The notes below the pieces were generated by a model. The model was not told where the DNA came from. It saw nothing but the letters and a program-made list of their open reading frames with translations, and ran no database searches. A stretch of DNA of 63,642 nucleotides, the filler included, from Octopus bimaculoides (Eukaryota): the NCBI RefSeq assembly GCF_001194135.2. It is 5 parts of 5 records of this genome, joined end to end, with 100 filler letters (N's around TTAATTAATTAA, not from the genome) between each part and the next. Parts side by side here need not be neighbours in the genome. Positions count along the whole stretch, not along the records: positions 33,968 to 54,460 come from NC_068981.1; 4 more parts are not named here. The stretch is one strand, 5' to 3'. Of this stretch, positions 35,819 to 50,165 are shown piece by piece. The first letter of the stretch is position 1; every line of letters begins with the position of its first letter. The translations under genes were made by a program, and so were the position numbers.

Positions 35819-37887
35819 TATTAGTTGTTCGGCACAAAATCCTGATAGAATATCCCCAAACATTTAAAAATAAATACTGAAGTCGATTTGGACGACTATA
35901 CTTATCAAAACAGTGCCCCAGCATTGCAGTAGTCCAGTGATCGAAACAAGTAAAAGTAAGTGTGTGTGTGTGTGTGTGTAGCGAATCGTTTAGTGGATTC
36001 TTAGCAAGGAATCGAATCTTTTGTCTAGATTTTTCTATAAGCTTTTCCCCATTGTTCTTGGCATCCGCACTAAGAAATTTACAAGAGTCTATTGTCATAT
36101 AAGATAAATTCTATTCTTTTACTTACCACCTTGGGTCACCAACAGTACTGGCCAGGTAACAGGTGAAAAATCTTTTGTCTAGCCTGACCTAATTTAGTTA
36201 GGAAAATATTATAAATACAGAACCCAAATACAATTCTTCCTCTTTCGCTCGGCACCTTTGTCGAAGGAGCATATCTCTTCCTCTTCACACGTGGCATGTC
36301 AACAACGTCCCCTACAACTCTCACTCATTTCAACTATTATTTCTTTTCTGCTATTTATTTCATGGACTTCGAAAATAACCAACTTATCCATTATATTTTT
36401 GGTGATCTGACATATACAGTACATCCTACCAATAGTTGCAATTGGCAACTCTGACGCTAGAAAAACGAAATACTCGGTCTTCTCAACCGGATGTACTGTA
36501 CGTGCAATTGAAAGGACAATCCTTATGTCTCACACACTTTGTCATGATTCTGCTTACACGAATTTCTTTGAAAACACGTGTCTGTGGAATATTCACTACG
36601 AAACATTTACTCATTAACACAATGAGTATATTGTTCGGGCAATCAAACAACTAGAATACTCATCGTAGAAACCAAATGAGATCCATTTTTAATGTTTTGT
36701 TGCTCGTGTTCAGTGTTTTTTTTTTTCAATCAGGATGCAGTGGAGATTTTATTTTACTTCTTAGAGCCATTGCCAACAATTTTCTTTCACCACTGAGTAT
36801 CCAGCTCCAGATGTTCAGTCTTTCCTCACACCAATATTGTTTATCTATACGCTGAGTTTTTGCCAATGTAACAGTCTTCAGAAGAATTTTTTTATGGAAA
36901 GAATTATAAATAAAATTACTTGTTTCTTTCTGAAGCTTGAGGAGCGAAAATATTTGAGTAGCATTCACATGCTCAGACAGAGAACGGAAAAGAAGACCAA
37001 ATTGTAGATATAAAAAGATTTAAAGGTTTTCCAGGGCAAACTGAACTATTAGTTATTGTTATTGTTTTGTAGACCTATCGTAAAAGGCATTCCGACCATG
37101 ACTAAGCCATTTTTTCTCCCAGACATTACATCTAAAACTACTTTATATAATGTATGCTTTCAATTTAAAGACATAATTTGTCTTTTAGCGTTCTTTGGTC
37201 GACAAGGAAGTATGTAACAGTTATATGTTACTGATAGATGTAGCAGATGCAGTGGTGATTAGTATTGATAGCAGGTTCGTGTGACAGTTGAGATATGCGC
37301 CAAAATGAATTAAAAGAAGGAAAAAGTAAATTCTTACAGATTTCATTTATCGTCACAATTTGTCTCATTAAGAACAGAGTACTGAGTCTATAGTAGTCGG
37401 TTGTTTTCTGGTGGTAGGAGGATGATAGTAACGACAAGGCTCGCACAACATTTGAGAAAATATTTGTGCCAAATGTAGATGCTAGAAAGAGATAGACGTG
37501 CAACATCTAAGAGTAAAAACGAACTGTATGAAAATATTTGGAGAGGGTTCGAATTTATGCCTGTTCGAAAGCATAAAATAGGTCGGGAGAACAAGAAAGT
37601 AAATAAGTTTATCCGTGTTGAACAAAAATTCAACTAAGCTGTTGGGGGAAAAGAATAGGTCTTATTTATCTAAGTTGAACGGAGTATGACAGTCGACTCT
37701 CGTAAATTTCCAAGTGCAAGGGGCGAGAACAAAAGAAAGAAATTTACGGGAAAATTTAGCAAAGGTTTTCAATTCCTGACTAAGAATCCAGGAATTCGCC
37801 GTTTCAAGTAGTTGTAAAGCACTTGAGTTGATTTAATTTGCTATTGTTTTAAGACTGCTTCCCGCATTTTTATTGCCACCCCTTATC

Positions 37888-38098
37888 AAGGTGGCGAGCT
37901 TGCAGGATCGTTAGCATGCTAAAGAGCTTAGTGTCAATTCGTTCGTCTTTATGTTCTGAGATCGAATTCCGCCGAAGTCGTCTTTGCCTTTTATCCTTTC
38001 GGCGTCGATAAAATATGTAGCAGTTGAGTATTAGGATCGATGTAATCGACTAGCTCCCTTCCCCAAAATCTCAGGCCTCTTGCCTATAGTAGAAAGAA
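37888..38098 (+). mobile_element. SINE family A, diverged copy
   Basis: aaggtggcgagcttgcagg...ccgccgaagtcg..tttgccttttatcctttcggcgtcgataaaa...caggcctcttgcc. Confidence 0.85.
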
Positions 38099-38477
38099 TT
38101 ATCACTCCTTGCGGTTTTTTTAAACACTTTCTCATCATATCTTTGAAGTTTTGAAAAATAAGAGTTGATCAATTCTTCACTTTACAGCTGGATGAACCAA
38201 ATGATAATTTTTATTCTAAACAAAATTTTACATACATCTCTGACTCCGGTAGATAAAGAAATTAAGTAGAGAACCTTTTCGAGAAAAAGTAAACCACTTC
38301 TAGTGAGGTGTGTCATTTGTAACAATACGCTAGAGGCTAGGTGTAGCTGCAAGTGTTTTAGGATCGAACTTCCTAATTTTCATTTTTCTCAAGTTTCGAG
38401 ACTGTTGCTGGAATACAGTTGATAAGTACCAATGACTTGTAGGCATATGGTATTTCGTTATGCTACCATGAGAATTC

Positions 38478-38715
38478 TCGACTCCGTCGGTCACGAATGG
38501 CCATGGACGCACCTAAGAGGTTCCCCTCCGGAGTACAAGTCTGGGCGGAAAGTCGCCTCACAGGCGAACGCACAACCTAGGGTTGTTTTTATGGAAGACC
38601 AGCAGTTGCCCATGCATACCAGCCCACCCCGTCCACGCCACCAATGTTATCCAAGGGAAGAGCAAAGGCCGATACAGCTTGGCAGTAGTGACGTCGCAAC
38701 TCATTTCTACAACAA
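38478..38715 (-). mobile_element. Retroposon fragment with a tail related to SINE family B
   Basis: actccgtcggtcacga at 38480 resembles the family B tail cactccgtcgcttacga; GC-rich body. Family assignment is uncertain. Confidence 0.4.
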
Positions 38716-39019
38716 CCATAATATGCTACAAAGTATATCAACGATTTTATAAGTCAATACCGTGTAGTACTGTGTTAGCCGTGCACTTAGATCGTTACAA
38801 ATCATTGATATTTGCGTACCAGCTTCTAGGAATGTGTTTAGTATGTAAATTGGTATGTTCAATAACGTTACACCGCTATATGTAGTGGTTATTTAAGCAA
38901 TAAGTTCGTGGATGAATAATGGGTTAGATGGGTGCTGATGAAGGATCAAAAACTCCCGAAATATGGCAGACACGCCTATTACCCATTTTTTCATCTTCCA
39001 ACTCATTGTGTACATCTGA

Positions 39020-41640
39020 CGTCTCGGATACGAAACGTTGCAACGAAGTCAGTGCTGGCTATAATTTCTATAGAAAATCGGTAGAGAAGACCTTAACTAA
39101 TTTAATAAGATTCCATATCACTCCACTGTATCTTTCTGCTCGCCAAGTACATGAAGAATAATGTGGTAATGTTAAAAACGTCACCGAGGAGGCACCCCTC
39201 CCCTCTTCAGAAACGCTTCTGTTCCAGTTGGTTTTGCAGTATCCTTCGCTCCAACAATGTCTAGGCCTAAATATTCTAAAGCTCTTGATACTTTCATAGC
39301 ATATTCCCTGTTTCAAGCTAGTAAAATCTGGATTTGCATTTCCTACAGGTTATGTATCTGCGGAGTGGAGGCGCAATGGCCCGGACTCGCGGTCATAGGA
39401 TCGCGGTTTCGATTCCCAGACCGGGTGTTGTGAGTGTTCATTGAGCGAAAACACCTAAAGCACCACGAGGCTCCGACAGGGGATGGTGGCGAACCCTGCT
39501 GTACTCTTTCACCACAATTTCTCTCACTCTTTCTTCCTGTTTCTGTTGCACCTGTATTTCAAAGGGCCAGCCTTGTCACCCGGGTTCACGCTGAATATGC
39601 CCGAGAACTGCGTTAAGGGAACACGTGTCTGTGGAGTGCTCAGCCACTTGCACGTTAATTTCACGAGCAGGCTGTTCCGTTGATCAAATGGAACCCTCGA
39701 CGTATTTAGCGACGGAGTGCCAACAATATATCTGCGGTCAGTCGTCGCGATTATGACTGTTCATGGCTTTGATATGACTTGATAAGCTTTCTTCATACTG
39801 GTCGGTTTTCCGCATAGGTTTGCCATTTCTTACGATCAATTCCATTCCACTTCATATTCCTTTTTGCATTACTTTTGAATCTCAGTCTAGGTCTTCCATG
39901 GTTTCGTTTCCCTTTGCATAGCTGAGAACAAAGGTGAGTTGAGAATGAGGATATAATTTGAAATACGATTGTGCTCTTCTATCAGTGAAAATGGTAAACG
40001 GTGCTGTCATGCATATTTCCAGAATATGTTTAATCCTGGATCGCCTTATGAATTGAATCATATAAAGAATTATTGACACCATTCATTATACCGAATGCAC
40101 GAAAAAGTACATCTGCTCGAAAATTATTAGCACCTCGATGATGATAATTTCAAAATGTAGTTTACATAGTTCGTATCGCATTAAGTTTTCATTCTTAATC
40201 CTACAGATTTTATTTGAGAAAAGAAATGCTAGTTTGTTGATCTGACTTTGGGATACCTGATCACCTTTTCCAGAAAACTTCAATGATTGCTCATGATTCC
40301 AGCTCCAGAGAAGCTTATTTTTGTTTAGTTGGTGATAGGGTTCGTAGCAAGAAATGAATTGGTTAGTCTGAGAGAGTAAATACTGCTCTAATGGTTGTAC
40401 CAGAAGTACCTGCCTGAAGAATTAACGGTCTCCTTTTATCATTCGACTCGGCCTGAAAATGCCGCAGTAAGATTTGCTTTCAATATGGAAATAGGCTTTA
40501 ATGACTTTCCTATTCAGTGGAAACCATTTCTCTTGAAGAGTTAACAAAGGTTTAACTTCATAAAAGTTAATATTTAAACCATTTTGCACGGCAGACAAAA
40601 ATTCTTTTAAAAAGCGTGATAGAACTAAACAAGTGTGGTTGGTATGGTACCAAGAAATCAAGGCTTTACCCTTTCTTTCAGGACGTTTGTTACAATTTTC
40701 AATGATGTGACTCTGTAAAGCAATTTTCTAGACACCAATGAAGATTAATTAGACTAACAACATTTAAAAAGAAAACGATATGAATTATGTTCTTTTTCCT
40801 CACCAATAATTATTATATCATTGAGATAAGGTCTGAGAATATCTTTTGAGGGTTATACTTCTCAACAAGGGTGTTTATTATACTGAAGCTGTATTTGCTA
40901 CAGCAATTTCCTCATTAGCACTGCTTCCCATTAGCTTCTAATGCAGTAAAGCTTTTTTTCTGTGTTTTGAATTTGATGGTATTTCAGTAAGTTCAATAGT
41001 AACAAGAGTCCAGAGTCAACATTTTGAGCCTTTTCTTTAGTCTAAAAATGAGGAAGATAATAAAAAGTGATGTTATCTCTTGGGATATTGGCAAATATAT
41101 ACATTCCCACAGCAAGTTTGCCTGTCTCAATCTCAGAGAAGCGGTAAAGACCGAAATGTCAGATTCTACACTACTCACGGCTTTTGAATTTATCAACCTC
41201 TCCTTTTGCTCATTTTATTCTTTATTGTGATGTACCGATTTTAGCTCTATTTGGGAGGAAATTTTATTTTTAGCAAAAAGTATTTAAAATATTCTCAATA
41301 TCAGTAGTTGGATATTCATGAATTTGAGTGTATCTATTAACAGTTTTATGAATAGTCTATCACCAATCAATATTTATTAGTTCTTATGACGCCGTGGTGA
41401 CTGAGAAGGCTCAATTATGCCTTCTAAAAATTGATTAATTTCTTTAAAGATGAATTCACAATCTGTTGAAGATAACTTGCATGATTTAGCACATATTGGC
41501 TGTAAATACTTGATAAGAATATCAGAAAATATGAAAATCGAACCAATCTTTATGGTTGAAAAAACAGTACAACATTATGTCTGGGATACTGGACAATAAA
41601 AAGTACTTTGTGCTTGTTCTTCATGAAGCTCCATCTTTAT
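39020..41640 (-). mobile_element. Ty3/Gypsy pol remnant 1 (RT, RNase H, integrase), heavily decayed
   Basis: FKEINQFLEGIIEPSQSP; VIDYS..VNRYTQIHEYP; YLNDIIIIG (YLDD decayed); LAFLFSNKICRIKNENLMR; HRGANNFRADVLFR; LEYLGLDIVG; RAERYSGVIWNLI. Confidence 0.8.
39364..39728 (+). mobile_element. SINE family B inserted into Gypsy integrase, 9-bp TSD
   Basis: Full body. TATCTGCGG at 39355-39363 and 39729-39737. The head lacks ~15 bp (agtggttagggcagc) present in the other copies. Confidence 0.92.
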
Positions 41641-41959
41641 TGACTAAGATATTGAGCTAAGATATTCAATCTACAATCAGATTTATGATTAAGATATAAC
41701 TACATATTCATTTTGACTTTGGGTTTGCATTTTAATGCAAACGTAGCCATAGTCAGTAAATGTTTTTAAAAATACCTATGCAATCGTCGCAGTAGACTTA
41801 TTTATTATCAATCACTTGAAGTCATAATGATACAACCAACTACTTTGTTATGAAATTCTGTCGATCCAGGATCAATCAAGGTACAAACTGAATTTTATCA
41901 TTTAGCGCGACTACTTCGTATACTGATTTTAGAGTCTTTAACGACTTTCTCCCAAACAA

Positions 41960-42740
41960 ACGCTTTAGGCCACTGTAGCGTATGGGACCACAAAGGAAGA
42001 AAAGAAAAGGCCAACAGATTCAAAAGAAATCGATTGACCGAAAGCTTAAAGGGCTGTGTATATATTGAACAGAGGGAAACAAGACGATGGTAGTGAATTC
42101 CAGAGAGCAGCAATTCGAGGAAAGAAGCTATTACAATAAAAAGACTTATGACCAAGGAAGCTTTGTAGAGAAAATGATGTGCCTGGGAAGAGAAGCAGAA
42201 GACATGCTTAAAAGTCTTGACAGAGGGTACTAGACCAGAATGTTTATCAAAGCACTGACCATAGAAATTTGCTCAGACCAAATGTTGCTGATTTTGGAGT
42301 TCAAACTTCAGTCTAATGATTAAATACATCATGGTCATGGGGCAGAACTTTAAGAGATGGACAGAATTTTCTTGTATGAGGATGAAGGCCACAGAATTGT
42401 GTGATGTCATAAAGAAATATTTAACTGATTTTAGCTGATTAGATTTATATCAAAATATACGTTGAGACTTCTGAGATAGCCAAAACGTTCTCATCTTCAG
42501 AGTTAGGAGTTGCTATTGCTACTATAAATGAAAATTAGTTCAAAGAAAAAAAAAAACAATCTTCTGAGCTGGTATAACGGTCATTCAACTCAGATGTGCT
42601 TTGGCAGTAAGTAGGTCAGCTACAAGAGTATTGCGCATGAGCAATTGCTTGTGTTCAAGTGCACAAATAAGTTTGCAAATATTTTATATAATCTCAGGTA
42701 ATAATTAAATAACTGTTTTATCAGATTTCTGTTTTCATGG
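41960..42740 (-). mobile_element. CR1/L2-group LINE 3' fragment
   Basis: FNYLPEII..IFAN (INDLP..FADD decayed); GQCFDKHSGLVPS; YCNSFFPRIAALWNSLPSSCFP..FKLSVNR. Confidence 0.65.
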
Positions 42741-44559
42741 CAATAATCCAACATGGACATAGTCGAAAGGAGTCGATGGGATACAAACAAACCATCAATT
42801 TTTCAGTCAGCAACCGTGATGACTCGTCAACTTGACTCCCCTGCAAACGAATGTCTTTCAATATCGCAAAGGACTGAGTAAATTTTAATTAACATGTTTA
42901 ATATTTAGATCAGTAAAAAGCTAACTAGAAATGAATGTGTGATTAAGAAAATAAAAAAAAAGAAACAGATATGTGTGATTCGGATCCTCTTAGTATGTCT
43001 TTGTCACTTTCCTGTCTCAAATTGATTCTCAAATTGATTCTAATATTTTTTTTTCTAATAAATATTGGAGATAACTTCACAATAGTTCGCTGTCATTCTG
43101 ATCTCATCAGCGAAGTACACACTTGAAAGAGCGCTTCATATTATGTTATATTTTGTAACCCACTGAACCGAGTATCTTTTTCATTCATGCCTTGTGACAC
43201 ATAAATGTTTCATAATGTATTGAAATAAGTATCGGAGGGGTGTCTGTAAGTATTTTTCAATAGTATTTTTTAATCTTAAGTCAGACTTGATTATGCAGAC
43301 ATATTATCGAAGAGATTCCAACCGCAACCGTCAAGTTTTATGAGAACTGCGTTATCCAACGTATTCCTTCTTTAAAAATGGTTGAATTTTATACCAAAGA
43401 GTTTTGATAGTTATTTTTAGCAGATTGGGCGATTACGTGGAGGCTTACTCATTGGTTTATTTTTGTTTAATAATTTCCTGTACTGCCGCTACTCTGAAAC
43501 TGCCTGAAAATTTACTTATGTATTATTATCCGGGGGCCTAAGCATATTATAATGTAACATTCACCCCAGTTTCGTTCTGATTCAGTTCAGTTGAGTAACT
43601 ACTAAAACTAACATACCAAGGCGCTCTTTCCTTTTGAAAAAAAAAAAAAAAAAAAAGAACGTGGTTGTGAAACGAAAGCAGAGGCAAGCCTCGGCCTCTT
43701 CCTCAATCCTGCACCTCATACTTGCACACATACATGAAAGAAAAGTAAACTTTACAAAAATAACTTTATTTTTTTCATGTTTTTTTAAAATTTAAAATAA
43801 CGTCAAATTCTAAATGAAAAACGGTTTCCTTTCATTTCGACCTTAACATCTCGTAAGATTGTTAAGACTATCCAAAGCAGGATAATTTCACAAAGATTTC
43901 CAACTTCTTTCCGCCATCGATTTCTTAAAATGGTAAGTAATAAGACAGCCGCAAAAGTGGTAGAAAGGCCAGTCAAGCAATACACGTAACATACGAAAAA
44001 AAAAAAAAAAATCCAAAGTAGTTTTCAAGATTTTAACTATTTCCTGATTTGTCTAACAGGAATTCTCTTCAAATATATGGCTGAAATTTAACTTAACTTA
44101 ATTTAGTGTTAGGGCTACAGCGGAAGTAGATAACTGTACAATCTCATAGTGAGGGATCAAAAAATTACTTTTTCTTTTCATTTATAGCTCATCTTTTTCC
44201 TTTTTGATTTTCTCTTTAAAAGAAAATGGGATTCCATAATTTGAATGAGTTGTCGAAATTATAGATGCATTAATAAATATAATGATATATTTTAAATCAT
44301 ACAATGTGTTCGCTTCACCGAACAAATGATAAATCGTTGGTTATTAAAAGAAATCTCTTTGTGATTTGCTGATCGAATTTCTAATCAATAACAGAAAAAC
44401 TATTGTTGTGGATGATCACGAAGCAAGAATGTTTATGGACCTGCAGTTGTCTAGATGGATAAAGATATGCATATCCATGATACAAATCGTTTTCCTCTCT
44501 TTTCTTTCAAATAAAAATTGTAGATTACTTAGAAAATTATAATTTTCACTTCGTAAATA

Positions 44560-44930
44560 TGATTCAAAGATTTCTGAAGTAATAATTTTGGCACCAGCAA
44601 GAAGTGATAAAAATCATCGACACACACATCGAATTGAATTGAAATATGACCAATGCTTTTTTTTCTCTCAGACGAAAAGACACTTCTGAAATATCAGATT
44701 CCTGAACCCCATCCCACGGCATATGAACTTAGACTCAACAACTACACTGTATAATTTTGCTGACGCAGACCACCTTCCTTGGACTATCCCTTAAAAACTA
44801 CCCTTTAAATGAGTTACTCTTCTTATAGTTTATAAATACAATAGCATGGTTGTTCTAAGAGAAGTGAAACAACGCAAAATTGTATTTATCCAACGAGGCT
44901 TGATTTGAGTTGATAGATGGCATAAAGGAG
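44560..44930 (+). mobile_element. Highly decayed mariner-like C-terminal fragment
   Basis: EPHPTAYELRLNNY (like HPPYSPDLAPTDY) and FIQRGLI*VDRWHK (like FYxRGIxxLxxRWxK). Confidence 0.35.
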
Positions 44931-45162
44931 AAATAGCAATTGTTGGTGTCAGGAATACGGCGCGAGGGATTGCGTACATAACATACATATAAACGTACAT
45001 ACAAACGTACGTACATACATATAGACAGACAGACAAACGTACGCAGACATACATAGACAGACAGACAGACAGACAGACAGATAGATAGATAGATAGATAG
45101 ATAGATGCTAAACACATGTAAATACATTTATATATTAGGAAATGTATGAATATAATATACTA

Positions 45163-45705
45163 TTGCTGCGGATTGAAGGTTTTTGGGTGGTTTGTGGTGG
45201 TGACTAGTTCAGTTGAAGAAAGAAAGTATGTTTCCTAGGCTGCGTGTAGAAGTAACTGAACAACATCCGAGAACATTTAAAAGATTTTATTATCGCGCAG
45301 TAAGGCAAACTGCGCTGGCCTTTTACAGACGACGACGGCAACAGTTATATACTAGGAGAGAGATATTGCTTAGAGTTTACGGCGAGCTATTGATACGAAA
45401 ACTTGCGACTTGCCCAACATAACTGAAAACAGTTATGCTATATTCGAAGCGAAGAAGGTTCCTGTCGTCTATCTGCGCCATCTGACTTAGCTGCCTTCCG
45501 TGGTTGGCTGGCTGGTAAAACAAATGCGCCCCGAAGGATTTTTATAGGAAACCGAAAGACAAATTCTAGAATGTTCAAAAGAACCTGCCCACACCATCGC
45601 TTCGCAATGATTGGTCGTTTAATAAACCGATCGCATGAAACTATGGTGGTTTACTCGTGATGTTTGACTGCGTATCCAGAGATTCGGTTTCGAATCCCCG
45701 CTACA
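45163..45705 (-). mobile_element. 3' LTR of Gypsy remnant 2
   Basis: The minus strand starts TGTAGCGGGGATTCGAAACC after a purine tract (gggaaggaac, PPT-like) and contains AATAAA near its 3' end. Homologous to 53484-54008. Confidence 0.65.
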
Positions 45706-46024
45706 GTAGTTCCTTCCCAGCTCATTACAGAATGTAAAAAGAGTGGAATACTAAAAAGAGAATTTATATTAAAAGAGAAAGTAAGAGACCAACACAGATA
45801 CAAAAAAAAATAAAAGAAAGAAAATACATGCATTGAATACTGAAAAACTGTTGAAGAAATGTCCATGCAACCATGAAAAGTTCATAGAAAATACCAAGCT
45901 CTGCAGTTCTTTTTCTTTTTCTAGCTTGCTTTTTGTGTGTGTGTGTGTGGGGGGGGGGCTATAACAAGAAAACATTGTGCGTGTGTGTTTGTGTTTGTAT
46001 ATTAGTATAAATATGTGTGAGTGT

Positions 46025-48045
46025 ACCTTCACCGGCCAATGTAATCTTCTTCCACTTTTGGTTACTCTGTCAGTATGAAGTGCACTGTTGTCGATAATGC
46101 GTTGTGCTTATGTGTAGATTGTTCGGGTGTGACAGAAGTGGTAGAGGAGCGTTGTGGTAGGGGGATAGACTCAACGAAAGCCTACTTAAGTTGATCAACA
46201 CCGTCAGCCTTCTGTCTCCTCTGAATGTCCAGAACCATATACTTTGGTACAGCTTCTAACGCACGGTACAAACCAGATTAAACTGTCTGCAGGGGATGCT
46301 TAACTGCATCGTTGCATACAAATACATGAATCCAGCTATTGATATCGAGTGGAACAAGAGTTTTAATCGATAGTGGTCTCGTTGTTAAAGGAGGTAATTC
46401 ACAGCCAATGAATATAGCTGGTAAGATCATGTTGTTGATTAGCTACACTCGATATCATTTGACAAGGGAGTGTAAGTGCCGAACCATATAATAATTCTGC
46501 TCGAGAGAAACCTGGGGCTTCCTTAACAGCGGTATGTAAACCTAGTAACACAATCGGCAGGGATTCTAATCATCCACCTGAATCGGAATGTGCTCGTAAA
46601 ACTACTTTAAGCTGTCTATGAAAACGTGCTATCACTCTGCTAGACATGGATTGGTAAGATGTAGTACGAATTCGACACATACCTAGCAGGTTAAATAGGT
46701 TGGCAAAGAGACTGGATTCGAATTGACGACCTATGTTGATCGTTATTGCCATAGGTGCTCCAAAGCGTGAAATCTACTCAGGCATTAGGGCCTTTGCAAC
46801 TGTAAGGGATGAAATGTATTTAATCGGCTTGTCTTCAGGCCATCTGGAAAAACGGTCTATACATGTCAAACGATACAAATTATCCTAAAGTGGTGGATAT
46901 CTGCGTGGATATGCTTGAAACGAGCAGTGGAAGTAACAAAAGTGCTAAACGATGTTTCGATGTGATGTTTAATCTTGGCTTTTTGACAGGATATTTCGAT
47001 GGCGCGCCCAATTACGAATGACCTTCGGCACACTAGATCAAAGAAAATGATTTGAAATGAATCTCATCGTTGCCGAAATGCCCGGATGAGATAAGTTATA
47101 GAGAGCGGAAAAGACGGTTCGTCAATGATTCTCTGGGATGTAAGGTCTAGAAGATCCATTAGAAACATCACACCATATAAATGAAACACTAGAATGACTT
47201 AGATGCTCAAAGTTGTAATAACTCTTCATTGTTCTTTTGATGCATAGCAATCTTTTCCAAGTCGATAGTATCGGCAGAATGCAAAACATGGACATAGACA
47301 CGGGATAAAGTGTCTGCTGCAGAATTATCAGGATCCTTAATTTAACGAATATCCAGAGTAAACTGCGAGATATAATCAAGGTGCCGGATGTCTCTAGGGG
47401 AGTGTTTATCAGTCTTATGCTTCACAGATAAATAAGCGGCCAATAATTCTCCTCTGAAAGTACTGTACCGCGTTTCTGCTGGTTTGAAACGCTTGGAAAA
47501 GTGGAAAGTGGTTGGTAAGCACCTTGAACAAACTGTTGCAGTACCCCCATCGATTCCAACGTCAGATGCATCTGCTATCAATGATAGGGGAGCATCTGGT
47601 ACTGGATGGGCTAATAGTATGTCTTCAGTTAACTTTTCTTTGATATCATTAAAAAATTGCAATTTTGTCAGAGTTAGAGAAACACTTTCGTTCTTTCCTT
47701 TACGATTACGTAACAACACTGCTGGCGGAAATATGGTTTCCGTACAGTGTAGAATAAATCTTCTATAGAAGTTAATGAGAAATTTTCGCAGCTTCCTTAC
47801 CAATGCAGGAGCAGGAATATTTATAATGGCATCTACTTTTTCCTTTAGCGGATGAATTCCATCTTTATCAATATGTCCCAAAAATATAATAGAAGAAACA
47901 CCAAAGACATTTACTGGAATTAATTACAACACTGAACTGTGACAATTTAGTAAAACAGTTGTTCTAAGTGCTATTCAGGCTGCACTTCCATAAGGCTAGC
48001 AATCAACAAGTCATCAATATAGGCAAAAAACAAAGTCTGGACCCG
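46025..48045 (-). mobile_element. Ty3/Gypsy pol remnant 2 (RT, RNase H, integrase)
   Basis: FFAYIDDLLIAS; FLGHIDKDGIHPLKEKVDAI; LSLIADASDVGI; FKHIHADI; ISRFGAPMAITINIGRQFESSLF; RFHRQLK; C-terminal RVTKSGRRLHWP. Confidence 0.9.
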
Positions 48046-48082
48046 AATGACTTATAATATACCATAACATAATATAATATAA

Positions 48083-48297
48083 TCCTTTCTACTGTAGGCA
48101 CAAGGTCTGAAATTTTGGGGAAGAGGTTAAGTCGATTACATCGACCCTAGTGTTGAAGTGATACTTATTTTATCGACCCCCAAAAGATGAAAGGTAAAGT
48201 CGACCTCGGCGTCATTTGAACTCAGAACGTAAAGACGGATGAAATGTGCTGAGCATTTTGCCCGACGTGCTGACGATTCTGCCAGCTTGCCGCCCTT
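48083..48297 (-). mobile_element. SINE family A, full-length copy
   Basis: Same motif order in reverse; it sits at the 5' truncation point of the Gypsy pol remnant. Confidence 0.88.
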
Positions 48298-49269
48298 GTA
48301 TAATGCAATGTAGTATAATGATAAACAAGCAAACTGACATCAGGTCAACTTATGACATTTATATATTTAAATATGAGCGTTAAGTTGTTACAAGAATATA
48401 TAGCACACGAGAAGCCGATAAAAGCTGAGTTGAAGAATGTTCATAATTGTTATTGTATACGCTAGTATTCTTCCGAGATAATTATGCGATAAGCCCGAAT
48501 TATTGGTATTAGGTGAAGCTGGATATCATAAATAGAATTCAAAGAAGGAACGAATGAAGAAAGAAAGATAGGCAGGTAGGTAGGTAGGTAGGTAGGTAGG
48601 TAGGTAGGTAGGCAGGCAGGTAGGTAGGTAGGTAGGTAGGTAGGTAGGTAGGTAGGTAGGTAGGTGTGCAGATAGTCTCTTACAGCTGTTTCAAGATTAA
48701 ATACTGAATGCAATAATTTGTGATAAGATAAAAATTGAGTGGTACTTGTGTTGTGGTGAGAAACTGGATTTAATAATGCTAAAAGAACTGCTTTGGTAGC
48801 CCCTAACGTTTAAGGAAAAGCTGATCTATAACCATATACTTACATTACTTCTCAACCCACTTGCCTCTCACCACATCTACTTAGTATGACCTTTCCCTCC
48901 CTCACTCATTGCAATGATCACCATACCATACAGCTAGTGGTTAGAAGGTACGTTTTATCGTGTACGTAAACCCGACTATGAAACTCTAGGCACCTTCTTC
49001 ACACAATACTTCTTCCCAGTCTAGCTAACCGATAATTCTAATTTACTCGCTCCATACGTTGTTTCTATTTTACACATAGTCTACTTTACACCATCCCACT
49101 TAGCATCACTCTTCTCTACTCATACAGGAACTGGTCACTTCTTTCTATATATCTTCTAACTCTTGAACTTTACATAGCTATCCCTTGTCATGTGTATTAG
49201 TTCCTATCTATCTTTCTATTATTGTGGCCTTGTATTTTGTGCCTCTTTTCTTTTAAACTCATCTCTGTA

Positions 49270-50165
49270 TACGAGGGTGTTCATTAAAGATTTCCCCTGA
49301 CCCACTTCTCAAGCATTGGGATAAACGAATCTGGCATAATTATTAGTCCTTCTCCACATAGCCACCACCAATGGTGACACACTTCCCCATCGCTTTATGC
49401 AGCTGTGAAGAGCTCATCTGTAGAAGTCGGTAGGTTGCGTCTGGAGCCAAGACTTCACCTCGGAAATAAGTTCATCATCATCCGAAAAGTGCTTCCCATT
49501 CAGAAAAGATTTCATGGTTGGAAAAAGGTGGAAAGTCAGATCGGGAGAGTAAAGAGGGATGAAGAAGGATTTCATAGCCGCAGGGGTGTGCTTTCATCTG
49601 GGCAACATGCGCATTGTAAATTGGAGCACTGTCTTGAAGGAGGCGGACTCCTTTGGTCAGCATGCCACGCCTCTCTGCTTTGATGGCGTCCCGCAATTTC
49701 TGTAGCAGAGAAGCATAATATTCCCCGTTAATTGTGGTGCCTTTTGACAGAAAATCCATCGTCACTACTCCGCACTGGTTCCAAAAGACTGTGAGCATCG
49801 CCTTGCCTGCTGAGGGCTGGACACGAGCTTTCTTTGCAGGTGGTGAGTTATCATGCTTCCATTGCTTCGACTGGACTTTAGTCTCAGGATCATAGTGATG
49901 GACTTATGTTTCGTCCTGTGTGGTAAGTCTGCCGAAAAAGTCCTACTAGTTTTCTTGGTACATGGCCAAAAGAGCCTGGAAGCAATTTATTCGTTCCTGC
50001 AGCTGAAAAGGCGTGAACATCGTGCAGACAGCTTCCGCATGTGCAAACGGTCATGAATGGGTTGCCGAATAGTTATGCGGTGATCCTCCAAAATGGTGGC
50101 TTCCACTTTATGGATGGTGTCGCCATCAATGTGAAATGTGGTCCTCCAGGAATAGGAGCAGTTTA
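49270..50165 (-). mobile_element. Mariner (DD34D-type) transposase pseudogene with right terminus
   Basis: TA|CGAGGG at 49270. Motifs TQDET*VHHYDPETK, MLTVFW, LLQDSAP, HPS...SDF, GGYVEKD*; 5'-truncated. Confidence 0.9.

Noticed and set aside
38915-38990. CTGATGA-AGGA..TCCC-GAAAT hammerhead-like motif with flanking inverted repeat
   Set aside because: The position after the U is G (no UH triplet) and stem I is out of register; the 3' arm pairs with the core itself.
39010-39045. CTGACG..CGAAACGTTG hammerhead-like string
   Set aside because: The core lacks A9 and a real stem II; it is the antisense of the Gypsy integrase coding remnant.
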